DNA of 64,000 nt from positions 32,326,627 through 32,390,626 of the forward strand of contig NC_068982.1 in assembly GCF_001194135.2 (NCBI RefSeq), read 5' to 3'. Shown here in pieces: positions 1-12,106 of the stretch (the first letter of the stretch is position 1; the number at the start of each line of letters is the position of its first letter). A program made the translations under genes and the position numbers. This DNA is from Octopus bimaculoides. Taxonomy: Eukaryota. Below the pieces are notes generated by a model. It had not been told where the DNA came from. It searched no databases and saw only the letters and a list, made by a program, of their open reading frames with translations.

Positions 1-94
1 AAAAAAAAAAAAAAGAAAGAAAAAGAAAATTAACACCAAATATACAGTGCGTGTGTTTTTATTGGCTAAACTGGCAACATGACCATCCCCAAGT

Positions 95-125
<31 letters not shown>

Positions 126-126
126 C

Positions 127-173
127 CCAGATACAGTCTTTACAGTTGAGTGGCTGCTGTATGCAAATGATAC
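127..173 (-). other. Candidate 47-nt micro-exon (unverified)
   Basis: The minus strand reads ttccatattctacag|GTATCATTTG...GTATCTGG|gtatat. It is open as xIICIQQPLNCKDCIW (phase 1 to 0) or VSFAYSSHSTVKTVS. The donor is weak and I recognise no family. Confidence 0.15.
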
Positions 174-699
174 CTGTAGAATATGGAAATATTCAAGAAA
201 ATGTGTAATAAAAATGCAAACCTTTCCATACTATTAGCAGAGTGCCTGGAAGTTGGTAAATGTCATCAGCTCCCATGATTCCACCAACTTCCTAAAGTTG
301 TATATCTTATCCTACCAAACCAATGTAGAACTTCTATAAGCTCAAATTGTACCTTACCATCTTAAGAAAGTAGAAAAGAAAAATGTAGAACACACCATAT
401 TACATAGTTCAGTATAAATACAATGTCTGATGAATATAAATGACTTGGTCATAGCTTGACGATGCATGACTATAGTTCAGCTAGATCAAGATTGACCTGA
501 GGTCAGCCATCAACAACACCAAGTAGAAAAATCCTTGTTCTAATGGTTTTCCAAATCACCATATTTCAAGAGATGATTTTGCCTTAAATAGAAAGTTATG
601 TAAACATTCTAACTGTATTTTCAGTATTCTAGAAGCAAATTATGGCCTATAAGATTATATTTTACAATCAGCATTCAAAATGTTATTCTGCTGTGAATA

Positions 700-1830
700 G
701 TAATGGTGTCTGGAAAGGGCACTCAAGTGTTCATATTATTCTCTAGTGTCTGGTTAAAATGCCTTATTCCAAAGATACTTGTTCTAAATTCGAAATTATT
801 CTTCCAGTATCATTTGATATGAAAAAATGTTTTTGTGGCCATATACAAAATACAAATGTCAATATTCAAATTGTAAATTAGTTTTAAAAGACATCTTATA
901 AGAAGGGTGCAATTTCTAAAACTGATTAGCTTCAGATCTCTTCAGTAACAAGTATCTTCAGTGGATTTCCCATAACTCGATACTTGGACTGTTTCATATC
1001 AGAATGTACATAAATGATATAAATTATTTTGAAATCTATTCTGTTTTGCTGATGATACATTTCCTTTTCTCTGAAAGAATGACATTTGAAATACTATATG
1101 AGAAACTGAATAGTGAACCAATGAATGTATTACATTATGTTAAAGCTAAGAAACTTATTGAAAATAGTAACATGATTGAACAGCTTAATTATTAATGAAT
1201 ATCAATTCCACTGTCTTATTCTCTAAATGTAAATGTTGTAATATCAAAACTAAAGAGTACAAATAACATTCTGTCATGGGTGTAAAATTTGGCCATAAAT
1301 TTAAGTAGAAACATTAGGGCCATTCCTATATACACTGCCTTGTCAGATTCTGCATCATGTTGAATCTCATTGAGAACCATATTAAAGGTATGTGCATCTG
1401 TGTTGTGTTCAGTCACTTGCACCTTAATTTCACAAGCAGGCTGTTCTTTGATTGGATCGGCTAGAACACTCATCAACATAACTGACAGAGTGCAAGGATA
1501 AAAAAGTCAAGAACATTTGAATTAATAAAATGTAATTAACCTTCAAATGTGATGTGAAGTAAATCTGATCTATCTCAGTTCAGTGACAACTTCAAACATG
1601 TTTTAATCAAATTAGATTTCATCAGTGAGACATCGTCTAACAGCAAATGCACACTCGTTGACTGGTTGGAGAAATACAAGCTTTTTCTAAATGGAAACTA
1701 TTAGAGATCATGCTTGTTGCATGAAGCATAATAGTAAAGTCAGTGCAAGCCCTATTAATACAATAAACCAAGAAATCTAGACAAATTAAAATTACAACCA
1801 TTAAGATGAGATTAATCATTATGTAAGTGA
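700..1830 (+). mobile_element. Degenerate L2/CR1-group LINE reverse transcriptase remnant
   Basis: Frameshifted RT motifs occur in order: SGFP..SILG..MYINDI (about 960-1025, cf. GVPQGSILGPLLFxxYINDL), FCFADDT (about 1040-1060) and KLNSEPMNVLHYVKAKKL (cf. LNxELxxVxxWxxxNKLxLN). There are many stops. Confidence 0.7.
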
Positions 1831-1865
1831 CTAATTGTGGTATTTATTAAAAATAAGTATATAAA

Positions 1866-2280
1866 GGTGCAGGCATGGCTGTGTGGTAAGAAGCTTGCTT
1901 CCCAACTACATGGTTCTAGGTTCAGTCCCACTGCATGGTACCTTGGGTGAGTGTCTTTTACTATTGCCTCAGGCCAACCAAAACCTTGAGAGTGAATTCA
2001 GTAGACAGAAATTGAAAGAAGAATGTCATGTATTTATATATATAGATTTATTTATTTGTGTGTGTGTGTGTCTTTGTGTCTGTGTCTGTCGCGCCACCAT
2101 CGCTTGATGACTGATGTTGGTGTGTTTATGTCCCTGTAACTTAGCAGTTCATCAAAAGAGACCGATAGAATAAGTACTAGGCTTGCAATGAATAAGTCCT
2201 GGGATCGATTTTTTCTGACTAAAACCCTTTAAGGTGGTGCTCCAGCATGGCCACAGTCAAATGACTGAAACAAGTAAAAT
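1866..2280 (+). mobile_element. tRNA-type SINE, family A (head GCAGGCATGGCTGTGTGGTAAGAAGCTTGCTTCCCAAC)
   Basis: It has A/B-box-like head motifs (TGGCTGTGTGG; GGTTCAGTCCC), an internal (TG)n and the tail GACTGAAACAAGTAAAA. Related copies lie near 3188, 9915, 25800, 33365, 35930, 41685, 50600-51090 (-), 58270 and 61800. Confidence 0.85.
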
Positions 2281-2978
2281 ATATACATATGGCAGTCTAC
2301 TTCTGGATATCCTTCTTCAGGCTTGAAGAATTTTGGCCATACCTCTAACCCTTTAATGCCACCACACAAACTTGACATTGAGTATGTGCTTTGTCAGTTA
2401 CAATATTCATTTGACAGCTGTTTGCTATTTCTAGCCAACCACATAACCACTATGAGACTACCAGGTTGACTGTCTCTTATATTATTAACAAAGTTATAAC
2501 AGGAGCTATAATAACAGATGTAAGTATTGTATAAATGCAATAAAGATACACCAATCCTCAGAAAGAAAACTATACACCCAGCACAGCCAAAAAAAAAAAA
2601 AACCATTAATAACTAAATGAGATCAAATAATAGGCGAGTTATATAGAATTCATAGAGCCAACCCTTTCTATCAGTTCATTTTTATATTGCCTATCTTTGC
2701 AAAATAAATAAAACTACTTCTATTTAAATGAAAATCACTTTTCAGTAGTTTCCTTCTTTTATATCAGAAATGTCTAGAACACAGATTAGATCTTTTTTTT
2801 TGTAATATTGTTATTTCTTTTATAGTCCATCTACCTCAACGTATGAATATATAGGTTTCGTGGTTTTTCTCTTTCTTAATTTCATTGTATATCCTACCAA
2901 GTTACATTCAATTTGTTTTGAAAACCAATACAGTTATAGATATGTGTGTGTGTGTGTATGAGTGTATGTGTATATAGA

Positions 2979-3033
<55 letters not shown>

Positions 3034-3187
3034 GTAAGATACCTCATAATCATATAATAAAATATGTATATCTATCAATATACACAAACATCATACATAT
3101 TCTTTCACACACACACATATATATATATACACATATCATCGTATATATATGGAAAGAGAGCGACAGATGGATAGATGATATATATAG

Positions 3188-3975
3188 GTGCAGGAGTGGC
3201 TATGTGGTAAGTAGCTTGCTTACCAACTACATGGTTCTGGGTTCAGTCCCACTGTGTGACACCTTGGGCTAGTGTCTTCTACTATAACTTCAGGCCAGCC
3301 AAAGCCTTGTGAGTGGATTTCATAGAAGGAAACTGAAAGAAGCCTGTCCAGTGCGCCCTAATTGGCTCCCATGCCAGTGGCATATAAAAACCACCATCTG
3401 AATGGGGTCAATGCCAGGTCCACCTGACCAGCTCCTGTGCCAGTGGCACATAAAAAGCACTAACCAAACGGAGCTGATGCCAGTATCCCCTGACTGGCTC
3501 TTGTGCCGGTGGCACATAAAAAGCATCATCCAAACGTGATCGATGCCAGGCCCACTTGACTGGCTCCTGTGCCGGTGGAACATAAAAAGCACCCGCTACA
3601 CTCTCGGAGTAGTTGGCATTAGGAAGAGCATCCAGCTGTAGAAACATTGCCAGATCAGATTAGAGCCTGGTGCAGCCACTGACTCTCAGACCTCAGTCAA
3701 ACTGTCCAACTCATGCCAGCATGAAAAACAGATGTTAAACGATGATTATGATATATATATATATATGTCTGTGTGTCTGTGTTTGTCCTCCCATCATCGC
3801 TTGTCAACCAATGTTGGTGTGTTTACATCCCTGTAACTTAGCAGTTCAGCAAAAGAGCCGATAGAATAAGCACTAGGCTTACAAAGTATAAGTCCTGGGG
3901 TTGATTTCTTCAACTAAAGGCAGTGTTCCAGCATGGCCACAGTCAAATGACTGAAACGAATAAAAGAATAAAAAG
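3188..3975 (+). mobile_element. Family A SINE interrupted by a family C element carrying ~60-bp tandem units
   Basis: The SINE A head (3188-3345) is followed by a family C insert (3345-3750) with 3-4 repeats of GGCTCCTGTGCCGGTGGCACATAAAAAGCA..., and SINE A resumes at about 3765. Confidence 0.75.
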
Positions 3976-4291
3976 AATATATATATGTATATGTATATAT
4001 GTTAGTATGTATGTATTTTTGTGAATGTCTGTCTCTCCTTGGCTTGACAGTGTGTGGTAGTTGTAAATGAGAGACATTGTCACAGAAGCAATGTCATTCA
4101 TTTCCAATGTACTGTAAAAATATGTCTTGTGATAAGAAAATACTACTTTGCTTGTAAACGGATGTGGGCTGGTGTCAGGAAGAGCATCTATCCATAGAGA
4201 ATCTGCCTCAATAAACTAATAAGATCCATCCGACTCATGCAAGCATGGTAAAATTGATGTTAAAATGATATTTATTTGCACATAATTATGT

Positions 4292-4333
<42 letters not shown>

Positions 4334-4443
4334 TTATACATACATACATACACACTTGCACACACACATATGCATGCACAAACGAATACACAACAAAAAT
4401 ACATTCATACATACACACATACAAACACACATACCTGCATGTA

Positions 4444-4477
<34 letters not shown>

Positions 4478-5699
4478 CATGTGTTGATTAGTGTCTGTCT
4501 TGAAATGCCATGACCATCTCTGAATAAAACTGTTCCAAACTTTGCACAAAATTTCAAAATCAACGTAGAATAATAAATACAGGAAAAAAACCATTTTGTG
4601 TCGGTTCTTGTTGATAAAACAGGAGTATATTCAAAAGACTGATAATAGTGGTAACAGATTAGGAGGCTTAGGAAATGTGTATTTCGTATTTCTTTAGTTT
4701 TTCTTTAATCTTTCCCTCTTACTTTTTTCAATTCTCTCCTCCTTTCTACATCATCATCATCAACATTTAACATCTGTTTTCCATGCTGGCATGGGTTGGA
4801 CAGCTTGACAGGAACTGATTTGAGAGAGAATTTTGCTGCTATTTTGAGTAGGTTGTGATTATGTAGAAGCTCTATTTTAACTCTTACAGAATTTGTTCAA
4901 GAAATGCTGTTGAAAGAGTAGCCATGTTCTCTAAAACTAAAAGACTGACCTGAGAAAGCACAAGGCATAGAATGTTCAACCAGTCCAATACAAGGTGGTG
5001 GCCTTTCACAATATTAGGCAACTCATTTCATTTGAATTCAATAACATATGTTCAGTGCTAGAAAAATAGTTAAAAAATGAGACAAATAAGTTTTTGATAA
5101 AATGTCAGGTAAGCAGAGTCTCATAAACCAGCTGTGTAGCAGAAGTAAGCAGCAGAGATATCCTTTACATGAATTCAATAAACTCTTCATGTTAGTTAAG
5201 TTTTTGGTAACCTGCAAAACTAACACAGCTGGTGGTGTTTTAAAAATATAATATCCACAACAAGAAAGAGTAGAAAATATTTTAGAAAATATTAGTAGCA
5301 ATGGGATTTTCTTTTTATGTTTGCTCAATGAGGCATAGTAGCACATTAAGTTCACTAAAGATCTTCAAAGAGACATGGATTGAGTATGAAATGTTAGATC
5401 TATTCATCTGACTGACATAAAAGATAGAATGAAAGTTATTTGAGAAAATAACTACACATTAAGGATATGCACAATAAGAAATACAATCAGTTAATGGAAT
5501 AGTGTCTATAGTAAATGTAGACTAAGGAAGACATCTATTGGTATAGTTTGAAATGAGAATGCTAAACTTCAAAGACACAATGATACATTGTTCAAATGTA
5601 TATCATATTGTACACCTGACCAAGACACCATGGATAAATGGAACTTTAAAACAATATGACGCTACTACCACAAAAATTTTTTTATATATTGAAATAGTT

Positions 5700-6300
5700 T
5701 AAGATATTAAAAAGATTTTATCATTCATTTTGATAATGAAGTGGGATATTTGTTGATCACTGTATATTTTTTTTTTCTTTTTGTGTATACATTTACTTTG
5801 GTTAAACAATCTTGTTGCCAAATCTCTATGATATTTGTCTATCAAATTTTTGAAAAGCTTATATCTCATTTTTATCAAGCCTGCAAATCATGTTGATTAA
5901 AACATTCAAGTTCAAATCACCTTTATTTATTATAGGTGTCAATAACTTAGCTTATTTTTTTATTGTATGAGTTATGTTATATGACAATATACTGATAATA
6001 TCAATTCCCAATCTGTTAAAAATTACAACAATTTGAAAAAAAATTTTAGAAACTCAAATCTATTTGATATTGTATCAATGTCAATAATATTTCTAAATGA
6101 GAAAACAAACTTTTATCGCAGTGTGTCTAACTCAATCAATTATTTAAATATATAATGAAAATATCTTAATTAATCCATTTACATATCTTACTATTGTACT
6201 TGATGAACACAATTGCCTGTCATCAAAGATTTAGCTGCAGAATTAAGTACGTAATTGAAAATATCATGATATTTGTATCCCATGCCTCATATAATTTTCA
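5700..6300 (+). mobile_element. Very old LINE RT remnant (L2/CR1-like)
   Basis: Only scattered motif remnants survive: GIFVD (about 5745) and FTYLTIVLDEH (about 6178, cf. FKYLGVxLDxxL). Confidence 0.3.
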
Positions 6301-6483
6301 AACTATAAGGACAGAGGTATGAAGGTATATTTGACTATGTGTCTTAAAACTAATAAAGCTTTCTTATTTTTGTCACTCACGCTCAATCTGCTAATCTAAT
6401 ATTTTTAGATAACAATAACCATATCTCTTGTAATCCACAAGTTTTTATATTCTTAATTACGATTATGAACATTATTTCTCTTA

Positions 6484-7165
6484 TATCAATGGATTATATT
6501 AGTGCTTTAAATTTTCAAGGAATTAATTACCAGTCATTCTTCTTATTTTTTACCTTTCACAGAAACTGAAATGCAAAACTGAAATGCAAAATCAAAATAA
6601 AATACATTAATAAATTAACATGATTTTTCCACTTAAACTTATGTTAGTTATTTTTACAATAGAAGATATTCCAATAATATGATCCTCATCATCTGCATCA
6701 TGGCAAATTATACTGAGGAATTTCTTTAGAAGCATTCTTTTGGAAATATATCTTGTTATAATTATTTAAAAAATATATAGAATGTAGTTAGATCTTGAAA
6801 TGTATCATCCATATATTTCAATTTTGTCATTCCCAGGGTAATCAGTACTTTTTAAGTAACCTGTGGCAATCTCTCAAATATGTACAGCAGATTATTGATA
6901 CATTTGTTAAGCATTGTCAAGATGTAGTTAATGTAATGATGTACCTAATACCACAAAAAATTGTTTCTTTCTCATATATTACAAAAAAAAGAAACAGCAT
7001 AATTTGATGTTACTTTTTAAACCAGTTTTAATCAATGGATTATATTAGTGCTTTAAATTTTCAAGGAATTAATTACCAGTCATTCTTTTTTTTCCTTTCA
7101 AAATAACTTATATGTTTGCAAAGAAACTGAAATGCAAAAACAAAACAAAATATATTAATAAATAT
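6484..7165. repeat. Local direct duplication of ~130 bp (6484-6620 and 7033-7165)
   Basis: ATCAATGGATTATATTAGTGCTTTAAATTTTCAAGGAATTAATTACCAGTCATTCTT and the following AGAAACTGAAATGCAAAA occur in both copies. Confidence 0.85.
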
Positions 7166-7989
7166 AAGAGTTTCTAAGAAGAGAGAAATTAGTAGCCTTC
7201 TTCGAAGTCTTCTAAAAATTTAGTTTTTAATTTGGCAAAATTGAAATTATTGTAATTCCCCATTTTCTCTTTTACCTTTCTTTTTTAGTTATTATCTTAA
7301 ATATTTTTTAACATCAGTGAACTCTATCATATTATATATATATATATATATATATGCACACACACACCTTAATTCCATAATATAAAATATTGGAGTATTG
7401 AATAAAATAAAATATTAGGAAAGTTCCATTTAGAGTTTTTCTCCATTTACAAGCTTGTCTTATATGTATTATGATGATTTTTAAGTACATTTTATAACAC
7501 ATTTTTGCCAAGCTAATTAATGGTTTGTTATACATTTTCATGTTTATGAAGAAGAAGAGTGTAAACAGGGATGTTGTGTAAAGTTTTTACTTGCTTAAAT
7601 TTGATGTATTTATATATTATTATTAAGACTACTCTGCCGGTTTAAGACACAAATTTTACTAATTCTTTGAAGTTAAAAATTAAATTAATGCCGCTATAGA
7701 ATATATCTTGATATCAAAATAACTTAATAGAATTCAAAATAATTTCTTTTAATGTTAATTCACTAATTTAGGAGTTCAAAAAGCATAAAATATTATGAAG
7801 ATGATATTTTAACTAACTGTCTTTAATGTATATGATACTTCAATAAAAAAAAAAAAGAAATATTTAAAATATAGAAAAAGATACTCAAATGCAAATTACA
7901 TTTCAATTCTAAATTTTTAAATTCCTCATAATTTTAAGAAACACAAAATGGTTTTGAGAAAAAAGAAAACAAATAATAATTTCTTACAT

Positions 7990-8760
7990 AGACACAGGGC
8001 CGGAATTTGGTGGGGCATAAACTGTTGGTTATATTGAATCTGGTTCATGATGAGCATTTTTTAATGACTCCCCATCAGAATGAAAAGTAGTTTTGTTCTC
8101 TTGGAGAGATTTGAACTCAGAATGTAAAAGCCAGAAGGAATATTGCAAGGCATTTTGCTAGACACCCTGACAATTTTACTGATGTGCCACATTTTGTGAT
8201 CATTCTTTCTAAGCTTGGCACAAAGCCAGTAATTTTAGGGGAAAAGATCAAGTTGACTACATTGACCCCCAGAACTAGTTCCTTATTTTTATCAATCCCG
8301 AAAAAGATGAAAGGTTAAGTCAATTTTTGTGGAATTTGAACTCAGAATGTAAGGTTCCAGAAGAAATACCACTCAGCATTTTCCCATACCACCCTTGTAA
8401 AAATATTTCTAATTTAAGTACAAGCCAACAATTTTAAGAAGAGATGATAAGTAGATACTGTTGACCCCAGTATTAGACTGGTACTTCTTTTTCTTAAACC
8501 TAGTGAAATGAAAAGTGAAGTTGATCTTGGCAGGATTTGAATTCAGAATGTAGAAAGATAGAAGAAATACTGCAAAGCATTTTGTCTAATGCTTTCATGA
8601 TTCTGCCACCCCACCACCTTAAGTCTTTGATTCTAATTTAGGCACAAGGCCAGCAATTTTGATGAGAGGGGTCAGTCAATACCATCAACACAGTATCTGA
8701 CTAGCACTTTATTTTATTGACTTCCAGAGGGATGAAAGATAAAGCTGGCCTCAGCAAATA
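7990..8760 (-). mobile_element. Cluster of about four family B SINE copies
   Basis: The core GGATGAAAGGYAAAGTTGAYCT..G.AGGATTTGAACTCAGAATGTA recurs near 8080, 8305, 8505 and 8730. Confidence 0.8.
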
Positions 8761-8968
8761 ATGCATAATATGTACACACATACATACTTACATACATACA
8801 TACTTACATACATACAATGAAGCCTTGTATCTTTGTTGGAAACTGGCTCCCTCCTCAGTGAAAGATTTATAATAATTAAAAATTAGAAGAGACATACATA
8901 CATATATGAGTGAGTGTGTGGACAAATGAAAGAAAATGACACTGAACATATTTGATTGGAATTACATA

Positions 8969-9106
8969 TATTATTTAATAACAGTTAGACTCAGCTCCAT
9001 ACAAATTAAAGTTTCATAGGCTCATAGCCTTGGTACCTGATCAGATGGGATCTTTCTATGAGCCTACAAAAGCTATGGAGATGAGTCAAGCTGCTATTAA
9101 ATAATA
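8969..9106. repeat. ~138-bp foldback element (tiny MITE or hairpin)
   Basis: The outer arms TATTATTTAATAACAGTTAGACTCAGCTCCAT and ATGGAGATGAGTCAAGCTGCTATTAAATAATA are near-complementary. There is also a perfect inner stem TAGGCTCATAG / CTATGAGCCTA. Confidence 0.75.
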
Positions 9107-9818
9107 CACACACATTTACTAGATAGATAGATCTAGATAGAGAGCAAGATACGTACAAGCTGAATGAAAAGATGCATGCGTATATTATACACACACACGC
9201 ACGCACGTGTGTATGCATGTATGTGTGTGTGTGTGTATGTAGAGTTTATTTCATTTATTTATTTTCATTGTAATCGAAAAAATTAAACTAAATAATAACC
9301 TAATACAAAGGCTAATATCACTATGAAATGTGCCATCAATAAGATAGCACATATACTGTAATATACATACATGTGTGTGTGTGTGTTTGTGTGTATGTAT
9401 GTGGTTATGTATATATAATCATATTCTGTTATCTGATCATCATTATCATCAACATGTGCTTCGTTTCTATTAACTGTTTCTTCTTTTTAAAGTTTGTGTA
9501 TTTAACTACCTTTTGTGTTAACATTCCTGACATTTAAGATGAATATTTCCAATTCACAATAGATTTTCACAAACAATGACTTATAAGTAGTTATTGGAAA
9601 AGTGGCCTTTCTTTTTTTTGTTTCACTTTGAAATATTTTAATATTCTATAAATTTTGTTTCTGAACAATTAAATTTATCAAACTTCTCTGAATATCCCAA
9701 ACCAATCCAATAGTGAACTGAGACTGTAGAAGAAAAAATATGCTATTTATGCTGCTGAATTTGAAAAAATTCTGATCTCTTTCTCATTGTGTAGATATGT
9801 ATACATGTTTGTGTGTGT

Positions 9819-9885
<67 letters not shown>

Positions 9886-10994
9886 GCTTTGTTTACAACA
9901 CTATATACATACAAGTATTGCAGTTAAGAAGTTTGCTTTCCAATCAAAATGTTTCAGGTTCAGTCCCACTGTGTGGAACTTTGAGCAAATGGCTTTTGCT
10001 ACAGTTCTGGGCCAACCAAAGCTTTGTGAGTGAGTTTGGTAGGAGGAAACTGAAAGAAGCAAGAGAGACAGATTGTGTGTGTGTATGTCTGTGTCTCCTT
10101 GTCTTGACTTCTCATGATTGTTGTAAATGAATGTCATTTATTTCAAATCTTCCTTGAAACCATATCTAGTGTGGAGGAATATTACTTTGCTTGGAAACAG
10201 GTAAGGATTACCAATAGTAAGAGCATCCAACCATAGAAAAATCCTCCTAAATAAATTCCATTGAACCTATGCAAGCATGAAAAAGTAGACATTAAAATGA
10301 TGATGATGATGAGTATCTACTTAACTATATACATACATGCATACATATACATATAAGTTATATATATAGCAATACCTTAAATTTTAACTATGTATGACAT
10401 TACTATTTTTATCACTCTCAAAAGATAGCAGGAGAGTGATGGTGGCAAAGTACCAGGATATACCCTCGAGGTACAGGGATCAGAATATAAATGAGATTGT
10501 AGAATAGAATGAGAGAGAAACAGATGGTGGCGAAAATGCCAGGATATACCCTCAAGGTATGGGGATCAGAATATAAATGGGATGGTAGAGTATTGCCAAG
10601 GGTGTATGAATAGAGAGTAAGGACTTCATGTGGATGCAAAGATTGTAGGGGTTGGAAATGCAGTTACTGGTGAAACTTAGGTATATAGAGGAGATGGGAG
10701 ACAACAGGATAGCAATGATACAGTGAATAGGGAAGAGATAAAAGAATTGGTGAGGGATAAGCATAGTGCATGAAAAAGAAGAAACGTGAAGAAGAGAGGA
10801 GATGTAGTTTGGTTTGTTAAGGTAGGGTGTGTGAAAAAATTTATTGTTACTTGTAGGTAAAACACATAGTGTTCCCAGAATTCAGTTTTGCTGAAGTGGG
10901 CAGGTGTTCTATATATCACCAAGAAGCATATATCACCAGACATTTCAGTCCATTGTCATCTCCTCTGTGAGGCCCAACACCCTGAGATTGGTCT

Positions 10995-11025
10995 CACTAC
11001 ATAATATTTATGCATAAATATGCCC

Positions 11026-11056
<31 letters not shown>

Positions 11057-11398
11057 NNNNNNNNNNNNNNNNNNNNNNNNNNNNNNNNNNNNNNNNNNNN
11101 NNNNNNNNNNNNNNNNNNNNNNNNNNNNNNNNNNNNNNNNNNNNNNNNNNNNNNNNNNNNNNNNNNNNNNNNNNNNNNNNNNNNNNNATACAATTAAACC
11201 TTGGGAGAGGCATTATGCCGGTAATAAACACACGCACTGGTTCAGTCCTTTATTAATTTATATAGTTTTTTGTTAAATTATTTCATTGCACTCTTGCAAT
11301 CTCTTCAGTAACTTGTCTCTCCACTTCCATTTATTTAATTGTATTTCTTTCAACACACGTATCCACATCAAGAATCTTGCACACGAAATACACATACG

Positions 11399-11429
<31 letters not shown>

Positions 11430-11614
11430 CATGTATACACATACACATAATATTTATGTATAAATATGACCACACATATATGTGTGTGTGTGTATGTATG
11501 TATACAGTCATACACATAATGTTTATGCATAAATGCCTATAAATATGTCCACATATATATATATATATGTGTGTATGTATGTATACACACATACATATAA
11601 TGTTTATGCATAAA

Positions 11615-11677
<63 letters not shown>

Positions 11678-11780
11678 ATATTTAGATGTGTGTGTGTGTG
11701 TGTGTATGTATATTTAGATGTGTGTGCATGTATGAATGTATGTATACACACATACACATAATATTTATGCATAAATGTCC
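10995..11780. repeat. Composite minisatellite: CATAATRTTTATGYATAAAT module x5 in (TA)n/(TG)n
   Basis: The module recurs near 11000, 11455, 11515, 11597 and 11758 and contains the palindrome TTTATGCATAAA. Confidence 0.75.
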
Positions 11781-12062
11781 ATCAGAACACACACACACAC
11801 ACACCACATATATGCATACGCATTTATATATGATGATGATGATAGACACATATTTACACAAGTGCATTAATATAACCTGATGTACATATTCATGCATAAT
11901 CAAACACAACACTACCTCCAATTAATGTATTATTTGTTTTTATTTTTTATTTTGTTTTCTTTACACTGATCAAATGCTCCACGTTCACTGTGGGACATCA
12001 ATCCACTATTTGTAAACAAGCTCTGTCTGATACTAGTGAAAATTAGCAAAACATCAACTTAC

Positions 12063-12106
12063 AGCAATGTAATTCCATTTGTTTTTCATTGTAAAGGAAG
12101 GATTGT
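12063..12106 (-). other. Candidate 44-nt exon (unverified)
   Basis: The minus strand reads atactgttttccag|ACAATCC...CATTGCT|gtaagt, with canonical sites. It is open as (D)NPSFTMKNKWNYIA, phase 1 to 0. Confidence 0.3.

Noticed and set aside
1216-1479. 87-aa minus-strand ORF (MLMSVLADPIKEQ...)
   Set aside because: It is antisense to the degenerate LINE RT remnant on the plus strand.
3365-3600. ~60-bp repeats with variable parts, superficially CRISPR-like
   Set aside because: They are internal tandem units of the family C retroposon, seen in other copies. The context is eukaryotic and there are no cas genes.
4890-5108. Plus-strand acceptor to strong donor CAG|GTAAGC
   Set aside because: There are stops in all three frames. 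It is possibly an old DNA-transposon remnant, but I cannot support that.
9640-9723. YWIGLGY C-type-lectin-like reading after a minus-strand acceptor
   Set aside because: It stops after 28 codons, has no donor and lacks further lectin motifs.
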